Made by a program: the position numbers and the translations under genes. 34,263 bases of DNA from an uncultured Acidimicrobiales bacterium (GTDB lineage Bacteria > Actinomycetota > Acidimicrobiia > Acidimicrobiales > SHLQ01), in assembly GCA_964570495.1 (NCBI GenBank), contig CAZMYN010000004.1, positions 1 to 34,263 of the forward strand, written 5' to 3'. Numbering within the stretch: position 1 is the stretch's first letter; each line of letters starts with the position of its first letter. Below the pieces are notes generated by a model. That model was not told where the DNA came from, searched no databases, and saw only the letters and a program-made list of their open reading frames with translations. Of the stretch, positions 23,885-32,050 are shown piece by piece.

Positions 23885-24889
23885 CTAGCGCAGCGACGAA
23901 CGATTCGGCCAGCGCGAGGCGCGAGATACTGCTTTGCGAGGCTGCTCGCTATCGAGCTCCCAGACGCGTCGCCAGCTAGCGGTCTGTGGTCCGGTCAGCA
24001 ACGGAGTCTCACCGGCGTGGGCTCGCTTGCGCGCATCCCACCAGTTCGTCATGGCCTCATCGGAGAGCTCGGCCACCTTTGCTTCGATGCGATTGTTGAA
24101 CGACCGAACGTCCTCGTCGGCCCCGCATTTCAGCGGGCTCGCGAACGTGACCGTCGTGCGGCTCGGGGTGGGTGTGCTCTTGCCCTTTCGAAGGATCCGC
24201 CCCGTACCTTCGATGTGTACCGGTACGACCGGAACGCCAGCTCGCCTGGCGATGAAGGCTGCGCCGCCCTGGAACGGTTGTCCCCAGCCATCGGGGCTGC
24301 GGCCACCTTCGGGAAACACGACCAACGACCAGCCTTCGTCGATCAGTTCCCTCGCGAGGTCTGTCGAGCTCCGGCTGACCCGGCTCCGATCAATGGGAAC
24401 CGCTCCAATGACCAGCGCTGACAACGCCCCGGTAACTCGCGTGCTAAAGAAGTAGTCCGCAGCTGCGCCAACAACGGCGCGATGGCGCCACGGTGTTGGC
24501 AACGAAACCAACAGCAATGGCGTGTCGACATGGCTGTGATGGTTGGCAGCAAAGACTGCCGGACCCTCGAGGTCGTGGAGTCGGTCAAGACCGCGAATCG
24601 TCGGCTGAGCAAGGCCGGTCATGAGCGGTTTGACGATCGTGTCGATCATCACCGCACGAGCTCGGCGAGCGCCTTCGGTGCGGGCCCAGTCGGTCGGAAA
24701 GTCGGTTCCCGTCGTGCCGCGTTTTTCGGGGACCTCAACGCTTTGAGGAACCGTCGGGGGAGTGAACGGAAACGGGAGCGCCTGCAGCGGGCGCCGCACG
24801 CGGCCAACGAGCGGCACGTCGGCGCCAGCCAGGCGACGGGTGATTCGCTTTCGATACGAGGAAAGATCCTTGACGACGGTGTTGGTCAT
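23885..24889 (-). CDS. PlsC/AGPAT-family lysophospholipid acyltransferase
   Basis: FAANHHSHVDTPLL carries the H-x4-D catalytic motif, and VVFPEGGRSPDG is block III. Its ATG overlaps the upstream stop (ATGA at 24886-24889). Confidence 0.85.
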   Translation of the reverse strand: MTNTVVKDLSSYRKRITRRLAGADVPLVGRVRRPLQALPFPFTPPTVPQSVEVPEKRGTTGTDFPTDWARTEGARRARAVMIDTIVKPLMTGLAQPTIRGLDRLHDLEGPAVFAANHHSHVDTPLLLVSLPTPWRHRAVVGAAADYFFSTRVTGALSALVIGAVPIDRSRVSRSSTDLARELIDEGWSLVVFPEGGRSPDGWGQPFQGGAAFIARRAGVPVVPVHIEGTGRILRKGKSTPTPSRTTVTFASPLKCGADEDVRSFNNRIEAKVAELSDEAMTNWWDARKRAHAGETPLLTGPQTASWRRVWELDSEQPRKAVSRASRWPNRSSLR

Positions 24890-26493
24890 GTCACGTCCGC
24901 CATGAGCATTGGAGGGTTGTGATAGTGCGTGATCGTCGGTTGCGGACCAACGGTGTCGGTGGCCATTTCGAGTGCGTCCTGGAGCGTCGATGCTGGACGG
25001 AAGCCGAGGCGTCTAACCGCACGGGAGTTTCCACCCACCACGATGACCGAACCGAGGTGCTGGAGGGCATGGCTGCACCAGTACCACATGTAGAACGGGT
25101 GCACGCCGTGGTAGGCGTAGCTCGTCCGGTACAGGTGTCGATACCACTCGTCCTCGGCGTACTGCTTTTCGTACTTGCGCTCTATTTCGTGAGGGTCCGT
25201 CGTCTCGGCGAGGACCTGTTCGAAGAAGTCGATGTAGCTCGGATGGTGGACGGGGTGGAAGTCCCACGGAGTTGGATGGCTCATGATGAGCACACCGCCC
25301 TCACGTACGAGCGGCTTGCCCCGGTACATGTTGAAGAAGTAGCCAAGCCCGAGCACCGCTACGAGAATCGGGTTCATGACCGAGTTGACGTTGTACGGGC
25401 AAATGTACGGAAGGCCCATCGTCATGATGTCGGTTTGGCCTTCGACGGGAACGAGGTGCTGAGCGAGGGTGTTCTCGGTTGTCACCTTGTGGACGGCTTC
25501 GATTTCTCCAGCCTGGACCGAGGTGAGCCCGTACGGTGCCTTCCAACTTTGAAAGACCCGACGTCGTGCTCCGTCGGACATGTAGTTGAGCCCGCCCTGC
25601 ATTGACAAGAACATCGCTCGATCTCGAGCCGTCCATTCCCACTCGCGCTTTTGGAGCATCGACAGGGGACCGGACTCGCCGAAGGTGTTGTTGTTGACCG
25701 TGGTCTCGATCTGGAAGATCTTCACGCCGGCGTTGCGGATTACGTCGCCCTGTCGCCAGTTCTTGGTGTGTAGTTCTGAATTCGGTGGGTCCATAAACGA
25801 CTTGGACTTCTGCATGGTGTCGACGTTGTGATGGTGGCGCAGTGCCGTATATCCCGACAGGCCGGTAGCGGTACTCTTGTGGCCGCCGTCCATGGAGACG
25901 AGGTTGATGTTGACATAGACGGTCAGGTCGCTCTCGACAGCTCGCCGAGACATCTGGACCTCTTCACCGTGGGCGGTCTCTCCGAGGTGGGTCATCCCTT
26001 CGGGGTCTTCGGCGTCGTGGTTGTACAACCGGCCGCTCGGCGCGAATGCGTCGTACACGCGGTCGCCGACCGCATGGCGCAGTTCGTCTTCGGTCATGCG
26101 GCGATGCAGCGCCAGGGCCGCGATCAAGTGGACGTCGTCGACACCGACTTCGGCGGCGATATCGAGAACTGCTTCGATGACGCGCTGGCGGATGTCGGGC
26201 TTGCGCATTGGTGGCAAAGGAAGGCTGATGTCGTCGAACGCGATCGTGAGCTTCATTCCCGCGAACAACAAGGCGCGCAACGGGTCGCTGTCGATCGGGT
26301 TTTCGAGAGCGTCGCGGATGGCCTGATCGGGATCCTCGATGCCTCGGATTGGTTCTGCGGGATAGATGATCCGCGACCGTCCGACGGGAAGCTTCTCCAT
26401 CCGGAAGTTCTCGCCGTGGTGAAACAAGATCGGAGGGGTCGAGGCGTCGACATCGAGAACGAGACCAGGTCGTGGTGCCTTACGGGGGCTCAT
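24886..26493 (-). CDS. LarA-like (lactate racemase N-terminal domain, DUF2088) protein, 535 aa
   Basis: The blocks parallel LarA: KLTIAFDDISLPLPP (LarA SSDHTRPVP), LIAALALHRRMTEDEL (LarA ATGFHRPSTHEEL) and SMDGGHKSTATGLSGYTALRHHH (LarA FSGGRKSVLPG...ANH). Its ATG overlaps the upstream stop (ATGA at 26490-26493). Confidence 0.78.
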   Translation of the reverse strand: MSPRKAPRPGLVLDVDASTPPILFHHGENFRMEKLPVGRSRIIYPAEPIRGIEDPDQAIRDALENPIDSDPLRALLFAGMKLTIAFDDISLPLPPMRKPDIRQRVIEAVLDIAAEVGVDDVHLIAALALHRRMTEDELRHAVGDRVYDAFAPSGRLYNHDAEDPEGMTHLGETAHGEEVQMSRRAVESDLTVYVNINLVSMDGGHKSTATGLSGYTALRHHHNVDTMQKSKSFMDPPNSELHTKNWRQGDVIRNAGVKIFQIETTVNNNTFGESGPLSMLQKREWEWTARDRAMFLSMQGGLNYMSDGARRRVFQSWKAPYGLTSVQAGEIEAVHKVTTENTLAQHLVPVEGQTDIMTMGLPYICPYNVNSVMNPILVAVLGLGYFFNMYRGKPLVREGGVLIMSHPTPWDFHPVHHPSYIDFFEQVLAETTDPHEIERKYEKQYAEDEWYRHLYRTSYAYHGVHPFYMWYWCSHALQHLGSVIVVGGNSRAVRRLGFRPASTLQDALEMATDTVGPQPTITHYHNPPMLMADVT

Positions 26494-28877
26494 CGGCGGA
26501 CTTTCTCCTTTGTGAGTCCCGATCCTCGATTGATGATCGAACTCAGCAGTTGTTCTTGGCGCGCACCGGTTCGAGGTGCAATAGGTACGAGCCGGCGTGG
26601 GGCGCCCGGCTGCTTTCGGAAGTCTTCGACGAGCCAGCCGCGCTTGCGTGCAATTGCAGCCAGCTTTGTTTCGGGGTTGACCGCTACGGGGAAGCCGACA
26701 GCTTCGAGCATTGGCAGGTCGCTAGAAGAGTCGGCGTAGGCAACCGCCTCGCTCAGGTCGATCTCGTTGGCTTCGGCGTAGTCGACCAGCACTTGGTAAC
26801 GGTTCTCCGCTGTAGGCGGAACGGCGGTCATGCCGCCGGTGTAGCGGCCGTCGCGTTCGCCCATCTCGGCCGAGATGATGTCGTCAAAGAGCGGGCGGAG
26901 CGGTTCGATCACGAAATCGAGCGCACCCGTTATCAGCAGGGTTCGATGGCCGAGGTCGCGATGTTGTCGAATCCGGCGAATCGCCGCGGGGAACGATTGG
27001 GACAGCAGGTAGTCGCTCAACAGTTCTTGAGCGTCGGCGTCGATCTGGCTGGGGGGAGCGCCTGCGTAGTTGCGGTAAAAGCTGCGGAGGAAATCGCTGC
27101 GGTCCTTGCGGTCGAGGGCCAACCATCCTGGCCCCTTCGCCAGCGTGCGAACAGCGAACCGTGCTCGTTCTGACGACGAGAGGTTGCGGGTCGCAAGCCA
27201 CGCGTACGAGGTGACCACATTCGACGCGATGATCGTGTTTTCAAGGTCGAACACGGCCAGCTGGCGGTCCTCGGAAAGCACCTGACTGCGAAGTCGCGTA
27301 CTGCGAGACGGGCCGGTCTTCTTGCCCGGGGTGGTCTTTGCTCGGGCCTGGCGCACGACGGAGGGCAGGTGCACGTTCTGGACGTAGTGCTTCCAGTCGA
27401 TGGCCCGGGGGTCGAAACCGAAGGTTTCTTGATCTTCGACAGGAAGCGACTCCCACAGTGACAGAAGGTTGTCGAGTCCGTAGAGCGCCTCGCACTCGGC
27501 GTAGGCGCCGTACAGCTCGACATATCCCGATGCTTGGTCGAGGAGTTCCTTGCGTGCCTGGAGGCGCATTGCGTATTCGGATGCTCGCCCGCGCAGCGGC
27601 AATTTCTCTAGTACTTGGTCGGCTCGTTCAAGTGAGCCGCGCGCTCGTTGCAGCTGGCGCTCGACTCTGCCGCGACCGGGGAACTGCCATGCCGCAACGG
27701 CGATTGGTTGGCCGAGGTCGTCATAGATGGGGTTGTGCGTGAACCAGTCCTCGGCGTAGTCGACCAGGTTCTTGTAGCGGAGCGGGTTTGCTGTGCCTGA
27801 CGCGACTTGGGTGACGTCGGTGGTGCCGTCGGGCTTGGGTCCACGCGCGGCAACAGCGACGATGGCGGCCACCACCATGTCGACCGGGATTACGTCGACG
27901 ACTCCCTCGGGGACTCCGGGGAATTCGCTGAGCAAGCCGCGGGCATAGGAGATGATGACGGGCTCGGCCATGCGGAAGCCCTTGATCCAGCCGGGGCTTG
28001 GTTCAGACCATGCCGACTCGATGATCGACGGTCGCACGATCGACACGGGTACATCGCCGGCAACCTCGACAACGGCGAGCTCGCCGAGGGCTTTGGTGTA
28101 GGCGTACGCGTCGGGGAATCCGAGCGACGATGCTCGGGCTCGACCGATGGCCACCATTTGGTCATTGACCCAGGTTTGGCGAATCGACTCGGTCTTGGCT
28201 GCCAGCGCGGGGGTGCCGACAGCGCCAAGCTCGCGTTGGGCTTCGGCTCGGAAGGCTTTGAGTTGTTCGGGCTGACGGCTGGCGTTCTCTTCGTCGAGGC
28301 GCGAGCGGCGAGCCGCTGCGACCTCGCGTCGCCAGTCGACGTCGACGAAGTAGGCGCTCTCGTTGACGAGTTGTTCGGGTGCCGACCCGCGGCGGCTGCC
28401 CGCCACGTAGCACGTCGAGACCGCAACGAGATGAGGTGTCACACCGTGTTCGTTGGACAGGTTGACGATTCGTTGTGGTCCGAGCAGGTTCACTTCGACG
28501 GCGGTGTCGAGCGGTGAGTCAAACGAGACGGTGGCGGCGGAGTGGATGATGGTGTCCGCGCTCAACCAGATGGCGAGGTCCTCGTCGCTGAGGCCGAGCC
28601 CGTCGGTTCCGACATCTCCGGCAACAGCTTGGACACGCCTGGCGGCCATTTCGTCGAAGCCGTCTTTGCCAAGCTCTTGTCGCAGGCGTGTAAACGCGTC
28701 GTTCTTGAGGACATCGCGAGCCACGCGAGCTTGGGCTCCTCGGCGCCCGGGGCGCACGAGCAGGATGAGTTCGCAGTCCGGCACCGAGCGGAGAAGTCGC
28801 TCGACCAGAGCAGTGCCGAGGAAACCGGTTGAACCGGTGACGGCGATGCGTTTACCCGCAAGACTCTCGCTGATCAC
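26490..28877 (-). CDS. Fusion protein: fatty acyl-CoA reductase-type NAD(P)-binding domain (N-terminal) plus HAD-IB hydrolase domain (C-terminal), 795 aa
   Basis: The N-terminal domain has IAVTGSTGFLGTALVERLL (Rossmann fold), SAATVSF, STCYVAG and YAYTKALGE (Y-x3-K), as in male-sterility/FAR NAD_binding_4 proteins. The C-terminal domain has LAVFDLENTII (HAD motif I), LITGALDFV and AYADSSSDLPMLE (motif IV). The start is GTG at 28877. Confidence 0.85.
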   Translation of the reverse strand: MISESLAGKRIAVTGSTGFLGTALVERLLRSVPDCELILLVRPGRRGAQARVARDVLKNDAFTRLRQELGKDGFDEMAARRVQAVAGDVGTDGLGLSDEDLAIWLSADTIIHSAATVSFDSPLDTAVEVNLLGPQRIVNLSNEHGVTPHLVAVSTCYVAGSRRGSAPEQLVNESAYFVDVDWRREVAAARRSRLDEENASRQPEQLKAFRAEAQRELGAVGTPALAAKTESIRQTWVNDQMVAIGRARASSLGFPDAYAYTKALGELAVVEVAGDVPVSIVRPSIIESAWSEPSPGWIKGFRMAEPVIISYARGLLSEFPGVPEGVVDVIPVDMVVAAIVAVAARGPKPDGTTDVTQVASGTANPLRYKNLVDYAEDWFTHNPIYDDLGQPIAVAAWQFPGRGRVERQLQRARGSLERADQVLEKLPLRGRASEYAMRLQARKELLDQASGYVELYGAYAECEALYGLDNLLSLWESLPVEDQETFGFDPRAIDWKHYVQNVHLPSVVRQARAKTTPGKKTGPSRSTRLRSQVLSEDRQLAVFDLENTIIASNVVTSYAWLATRNLSSSERARFAVRTLAKGPGWLALDRKDRSDFLRSFYRNYAGAPPSQIDADAQELLSDYLLSQSFPAAIRRIRQHRDLGHRTLLITGALDFVIEPLRPLFDDIISAEMGERDGRYTGGMTAVPPTAENRYQVLVDYAEANEIDLSEAVAYADSSSDLPMLEAVGFPVAVNPETKLAAIARKRGWLVEDFRKQPGAPRRLVPIAPRTGARQEQLLSSIINRGSGLTKEKVRR

Positions 28878-28904
28878 CTCACCGTTTTAGCAGCGATCAC
28901 GAAT

Positions 28905-28922
28905 GTCTACCAATTGGTAGAC
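28905..28922. promoter_or_regulatory. Operator O1: perfect 18-bp palindrome GTCTACCAATTGGTAGAC
   Basis: Read directly. It lies in the 77-bp divergent region between the FAR-HAD gene and tetR. Confidence 0.7.
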
Positions 28923-28925
28923 AAA

Positions 28926-28945
28926 TCTTTACCAATTGGTAGAGA
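28926..28945. promoter_or_regulatory. Operator O2: TCTTTACCAATTGGTAGAGA (perfect 12-bp core TACCAATTGGTA)
   Basis: Read directly. Its centre is 22 bp from the O1 centre (about two helical turns). It ends 9 nt before the tetR GTG. Confidence 0.65.
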
Positions 28946-28954
28946 GGCCGCCGT

Positions 28955-29572
28955 GTGCCTATCGTTCTACCTGTGAGCACCCGCCAGCGCATTCTCGACA
29001 CCGCTCTCGATTCTTTCGGTACAACCGGTGTTTCTGGAACGTCGCTCGACGCGCTTGCTCGATCCCTCGGATTGATAAAACAGTCGATTCTGTATCACCT
29101 CAACTCAAAGACCGTTCTGCTTGAAGCGGTCGTCGACGAGGCTGCCGACCGATTCATTGACGAGTTGGACTCGGTAGTCCGTCGAGTCGATCCAAACGAT
29201 GTCTGGGGCCAGGTCGAGGGAACCGTCCGAGTCGTGTTTCGTCTTGCGCTGCAACGTCCCGCATTGCTCGGGCTTTTGCGCGAGGCCTCACGGCCCGACT
29301 CCACGGTTGCCGTGCAGCTTTCCTCGCGGCTTGCCCACCACGTAAATGCCGCCCAACACTCGCTCGAGATTGCGTTGAAGGACGGCAGGGTGCGCGGCGA
29401 TGATGCGCAGCTACTTCTCTTCTCGCTCTACTCGACGATCATGGGCGTTGCGACCGAGGTCGAGGTGTTGCGTGCAATGGGTCTGGAGCCGAGTCTTCGG
29501 TCGTTGGCTGCCCGCCGCGCCGAGTTGCTGCGGTTCCTTCAAGTTGCGCTGATTCCCTCGTCGGAGAGCTGA
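28955..29572 (+). CDS. TetR/AcrR-family transcriptional regulator
   Basis: RQRILDTALDSFGTTGVSGTSLDALARSLGLIKQSILYHLNSK is the TetR HTH. A helical ligand-binding domain follows. GTG at 28973 is an alternative start. Confidence 0.85.
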   Translation: MPIVLPVSTRQRILDTALDSFGTTGVSGTSLDALARSLGLIKQSILYHLNSKTVLLEAVVDEAADRFIDELDSVVRRVDPNDVWGQVEGTVRVVFRLALQRPALLGLLREASRPDSTVAVQLSSRLAHHVNAAQHSLEIALKDGRVRGDDAQLLLFSLYSTIMGVATEVEVLRAMGLEPSLRSLAARRAELLRFLQVALIPSSES

Positions 29573-29609
29573 GCTCACGGTTTATTCAAGGTGAGTCCGC
29601 CTAGGCCGA

Positions 29610-31646
29610 TTGACCTATGTGAAGCCCACTCCAACTCACGGTTTCCGGCGCGACATTGAAGGACTGCGCGCGCTTGCTGTCGCGCTTGTGGTGCTCTACC
29701 ACGCCGGCGTGCCGGGCGTGTCCGGTGGCTATGTCGGCGTCGACGTCTTCTTCGTACTGTCGGGGTATCTGATCACCGGAATTCTCGCCCGGGAAATCGA
29801 ACAGACCGGGACGATTTCGCTCACGCGTTTCTACGCCAAGCGTGCGCGCCGGTTGCTTCCGGCGTCATTCACCGTGCTCTCATTCGTTGGCCTGGTGCTC
29901 TACATCGTTCCGCGATGGTTGCCCTCGCTCGTGCTTCCCCAGATCTACGGCCGCTCCATCTCCTGGGACATCCAGCGCAGCGCGCTCTATGTCGTCAATT
30001 GGCTCTATGCCGAACGGTCGGTGAGTTACCAAGGCTCTAGCGACGCGGCCAGCCCGGTCCTTCACTTCTGGTCCTTGTCGGTAGAGGAACAGTTCTATGC
30101 GTTCTGGCCTCTGCTCTTGCTCGGTGTGGCCGTCATCGCAAAGCGCTCTCGATTCGCCCTCATCGCCGTGATCGCGCTCGTCACGGCAGCGTCACTGATC
30201 TGGTCGATTCGGTTGACCTCGATCGCTCCTGATCGCGCCTACTTCGTCACGACTACCCGCGTCTGGGAGATGTCGCTCGGCGGGCTGGCCGCACTTGTCT
30301 CCACGCGCCGGTCTCCACTCGTGTTGCGTGAGCGATGGCACGAGCGCGTTGGACGCGCGAGCCCCGTACTTGGGTTGAGCGTGATCATCATCTCGGCCTT
30401 CGTCTTTGACGACTCGACCGCGTACCCGGGCTATGCCGCGCTCGTTCCGACGATCGCGACCGTCGTGCTACTGCGTTCTCGTGTGCTCCAAGCAAACGTC
30501 GAGTCAACGCGGCTTGGCTCGGTGCTAAGTGCCCGACCCATGCAGTGGGTGGGAGCGCGTTCCTACTCGATCTATCTGTGGCACTGGCCCGTGCTGTGGC
30601 TAGCCGTCGCCGTCAATGGGCCCCTCACCTGGCCCGTTGGCCTCCTCGCTGTTGCGATATCGGTCGTGCCCGCGATGCTGTCGTATTCGTTCATCGAAAC
30701 TCCCCTGAGATCGAGCGGGAACTCACCACTCGCTATCTGGCCAACGCTGCTCGGGGCAGGTGCGGTGAGTTTGGCCGGTTTTGGGATTGGCTTCGTGCTG
30801 CTCACCTCGACCACCGGCATTGTCCGAACCCCCGAGACCCCCGAACCTGTCACCGAGGTCGCGGGCGTGCAGCTTGTTGCTGAGCAGGTTCAGCCCGAAG
30901 CCGGTTCGCTTCGCTATGACGTACCCCTTGGATATTCCAATGGCTGCTTCGAGACGCTGCATTCGACCCGCTACACCGAGTGCGTTGCTGGGGATGCATC
31001 GTCGGAGCAATCGATCATCCTGATTGGCAACAGCCACCTGGCTCACTGGGCGCCGGCGATTGATTCCTTGGCGAGCGAGCACGGTTGGCGTTTGATCTAT
31101 GTGCAACACGATGGTTGTCGTATCGCCGAGAGCGAGGGGCAGTCCGAGGCGTGCGGTCAATGGCTCGCAAACGCGATGGACCGGCTACCCGAATTGGTTG
31201 ACGAAGAAGATGCTGCCTTGGTGTTGACGGGCCCGCCGCCGCCTGCGATCGAGAGCCAGCCCGAAGAGCTCCGCGAGCTCTACGACCCGGCGTTTCGTGC
31301 GCTGGGTGAATCGGGAACTCCCGCAGCGATGTTCATGCCAGTCCCACGCGGCAAGATCGTCGGCGTCGACTGTTCGACCACACTGCGCGGCGACCTGTCG
31401 GCGTGCGCGACCGATCGGACTAGCGCGATGATCCACGGCCAAGTGCTCGCCGACTCCGCGCAAAGCGCGGGGGTGGCAACCCTCGATCTCACGGACTACT
31501 TCTGTGACGCGGCACATTGCCCGGCTGTCATCGACAGCCTCTGGGTTCGCCGTGACGAGGCGCACCTGACCCGCACGTTTGCGCTCGCGCTCACCACCGC
31601 AATCGAAGGTGAACTACGCCGCGTCGCGCCCGCACTCTTTGAGTGA
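29610..31646 (+). CDS. Acyltransferase-3 (OafA/YrhL-like) membrane O-acyltransferase with C-terminal SGNH-like domain
   Basis: FRRDIEGLRALAVALVVLYHAGVPGVSGGYVGVDVFFVLSGYLITG is the AT3 N-terminal signature. About 10 TM helices follow, then a soluble domain with ILIGNSHLAHW (SGNH block I-like). It starts 37 nt after tetR on the same strand. The exact start is uncertain between TTG at 29610 and GTG at 29619. Confidence 0.85.
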   Translation: MTYVKPTPTHGFRRDIEGLRALAVALVVLYHAGVPGVSGGYVGVDVFFVLSGYLITGILAREIEQTGTISLTRFYAKRARRLLPASFTVLSFVGLVLYIVPRWLPSLVLPQIYGRSISWDIQRSALYVVNWLYAERSVSYQGSSDAASPVLHFWSLSVEEQFYAFWPLLLLGVAVIAKRSRFALIAVIALVTAASLIWSIRLTSIAPDRAYFVTTTRVWEMSLGGLAALVSTRRSPLVLRERWHERVGRASPVLGLSVIIISAFVFDDSTAYPGYAALVPTIATVVLLRSRVLQANVESTRLGSVLSARPMQWVGARSYSIYLWHWPVLWLAVAVNGPLTWPVGLLAVAISVVPAMLSYSFIETPLRSSGNSPLAIWPTLLGAGAVSLAGFGIGFVLLTSTTGIVRTPETPEPVTEVAGVQLVAEQVQPEAGSLRYDVPLGYSNGCFETLHSTRYTECVAGDASSEQSIILIGNSHLAHWAPAIDSLASEHGWRLIYVQHDGCRIAESEGQSEACGQWLANAMDRLPELVDEEDAALVLTGPPPPAIESQPEELRELYDPAFRALGESGTPAAMFMPVPRGKIVGVDCSTTLRGDLSACATDRTSAMIHGQVLADSAQSAGVATLDLTDYFCDAAHCPAVIDSLWVRRDEAHLTRTFALALTTAIEGELRRVAPALFE

Positions 31647-31673
31647 GTCGAGCGGGTTGTAGGTGTGGAAGGG

Positions 31674-31719
31674 GCCATCCCGCCCTCGCTGCCATAGCGA
31701 GATCGTGTTGCGGGATGGC
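31674..31719. terminator. Stem-loop between the acyltransferase gene and a small minus-strand ORF
   Basis: GCCATCCCGC (31674-31683) pairs perfectly with GCGGGATGGC (31710-31719). An inner stem pairs CTCGCT with AGCGAG. There is no clear U-tract, so a terminator function is uncertain. Confidence 0.35.
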
Positions 31720-31853
31720 TAACCGATGAGGCTGGCCATGCCTAGCGCCGTCATGACCGGCGATGCGAGTGCAATCGCCAAAATTGCTGCCAGCACCATC
31801 GAAATGGAGACCCACAAAACAAGCTTCGCTGTCTGTCCGCTGGACAGGTTCAT
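31719..31853 (-). CDS. Possible 44-aa hydrophobic peptide (hypothetical)
   Basis: MNLSSGQTAKLVLWVSISMVLAAILAIALASPVMTALGMASLIG has one clean TM helix. It starts at the internal ATG of track ORF 31719..31976. The ribosome-binding site is weak. It sits in a spacer that looks less GC-rich by eye. Confidence 0.25.
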   Translation of the reverse strand: MNLSSGQTAKLVLWVSISMVLAAILAIALASPVMTALGMASLIG

Positions 31854-32050
31854 CCCCAGTGGGTTTTCGGTAGTGGTGCTGTCGGTATTTCCCTTCACGA
31901 TGCTACTGACGGGTAACAACCACAAAAAGTCGCGCGATTTCAAAAGAACTTTCGCGCGTTGCGTGACGCCCGTCACCTGAGTGCTGGTGGCGTTGTTGCC
32001 AGTAGGGGGAACGCGACCGGCCGATTCGGAAAATCGCTAGGGTCTCTGCC

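Noticed and set aside
31726-31980. 84-aa plus-strand ORF in the spacer before the TPM gene
   Set aside because: It has no ribosome-binding site and no recognisable motif, and it is antisense to the equally weak but more protein-like 44-aa TM peptide. Neither can be confirmed from sequence alone, so I listed only the minus-strand peptide at low confidence.
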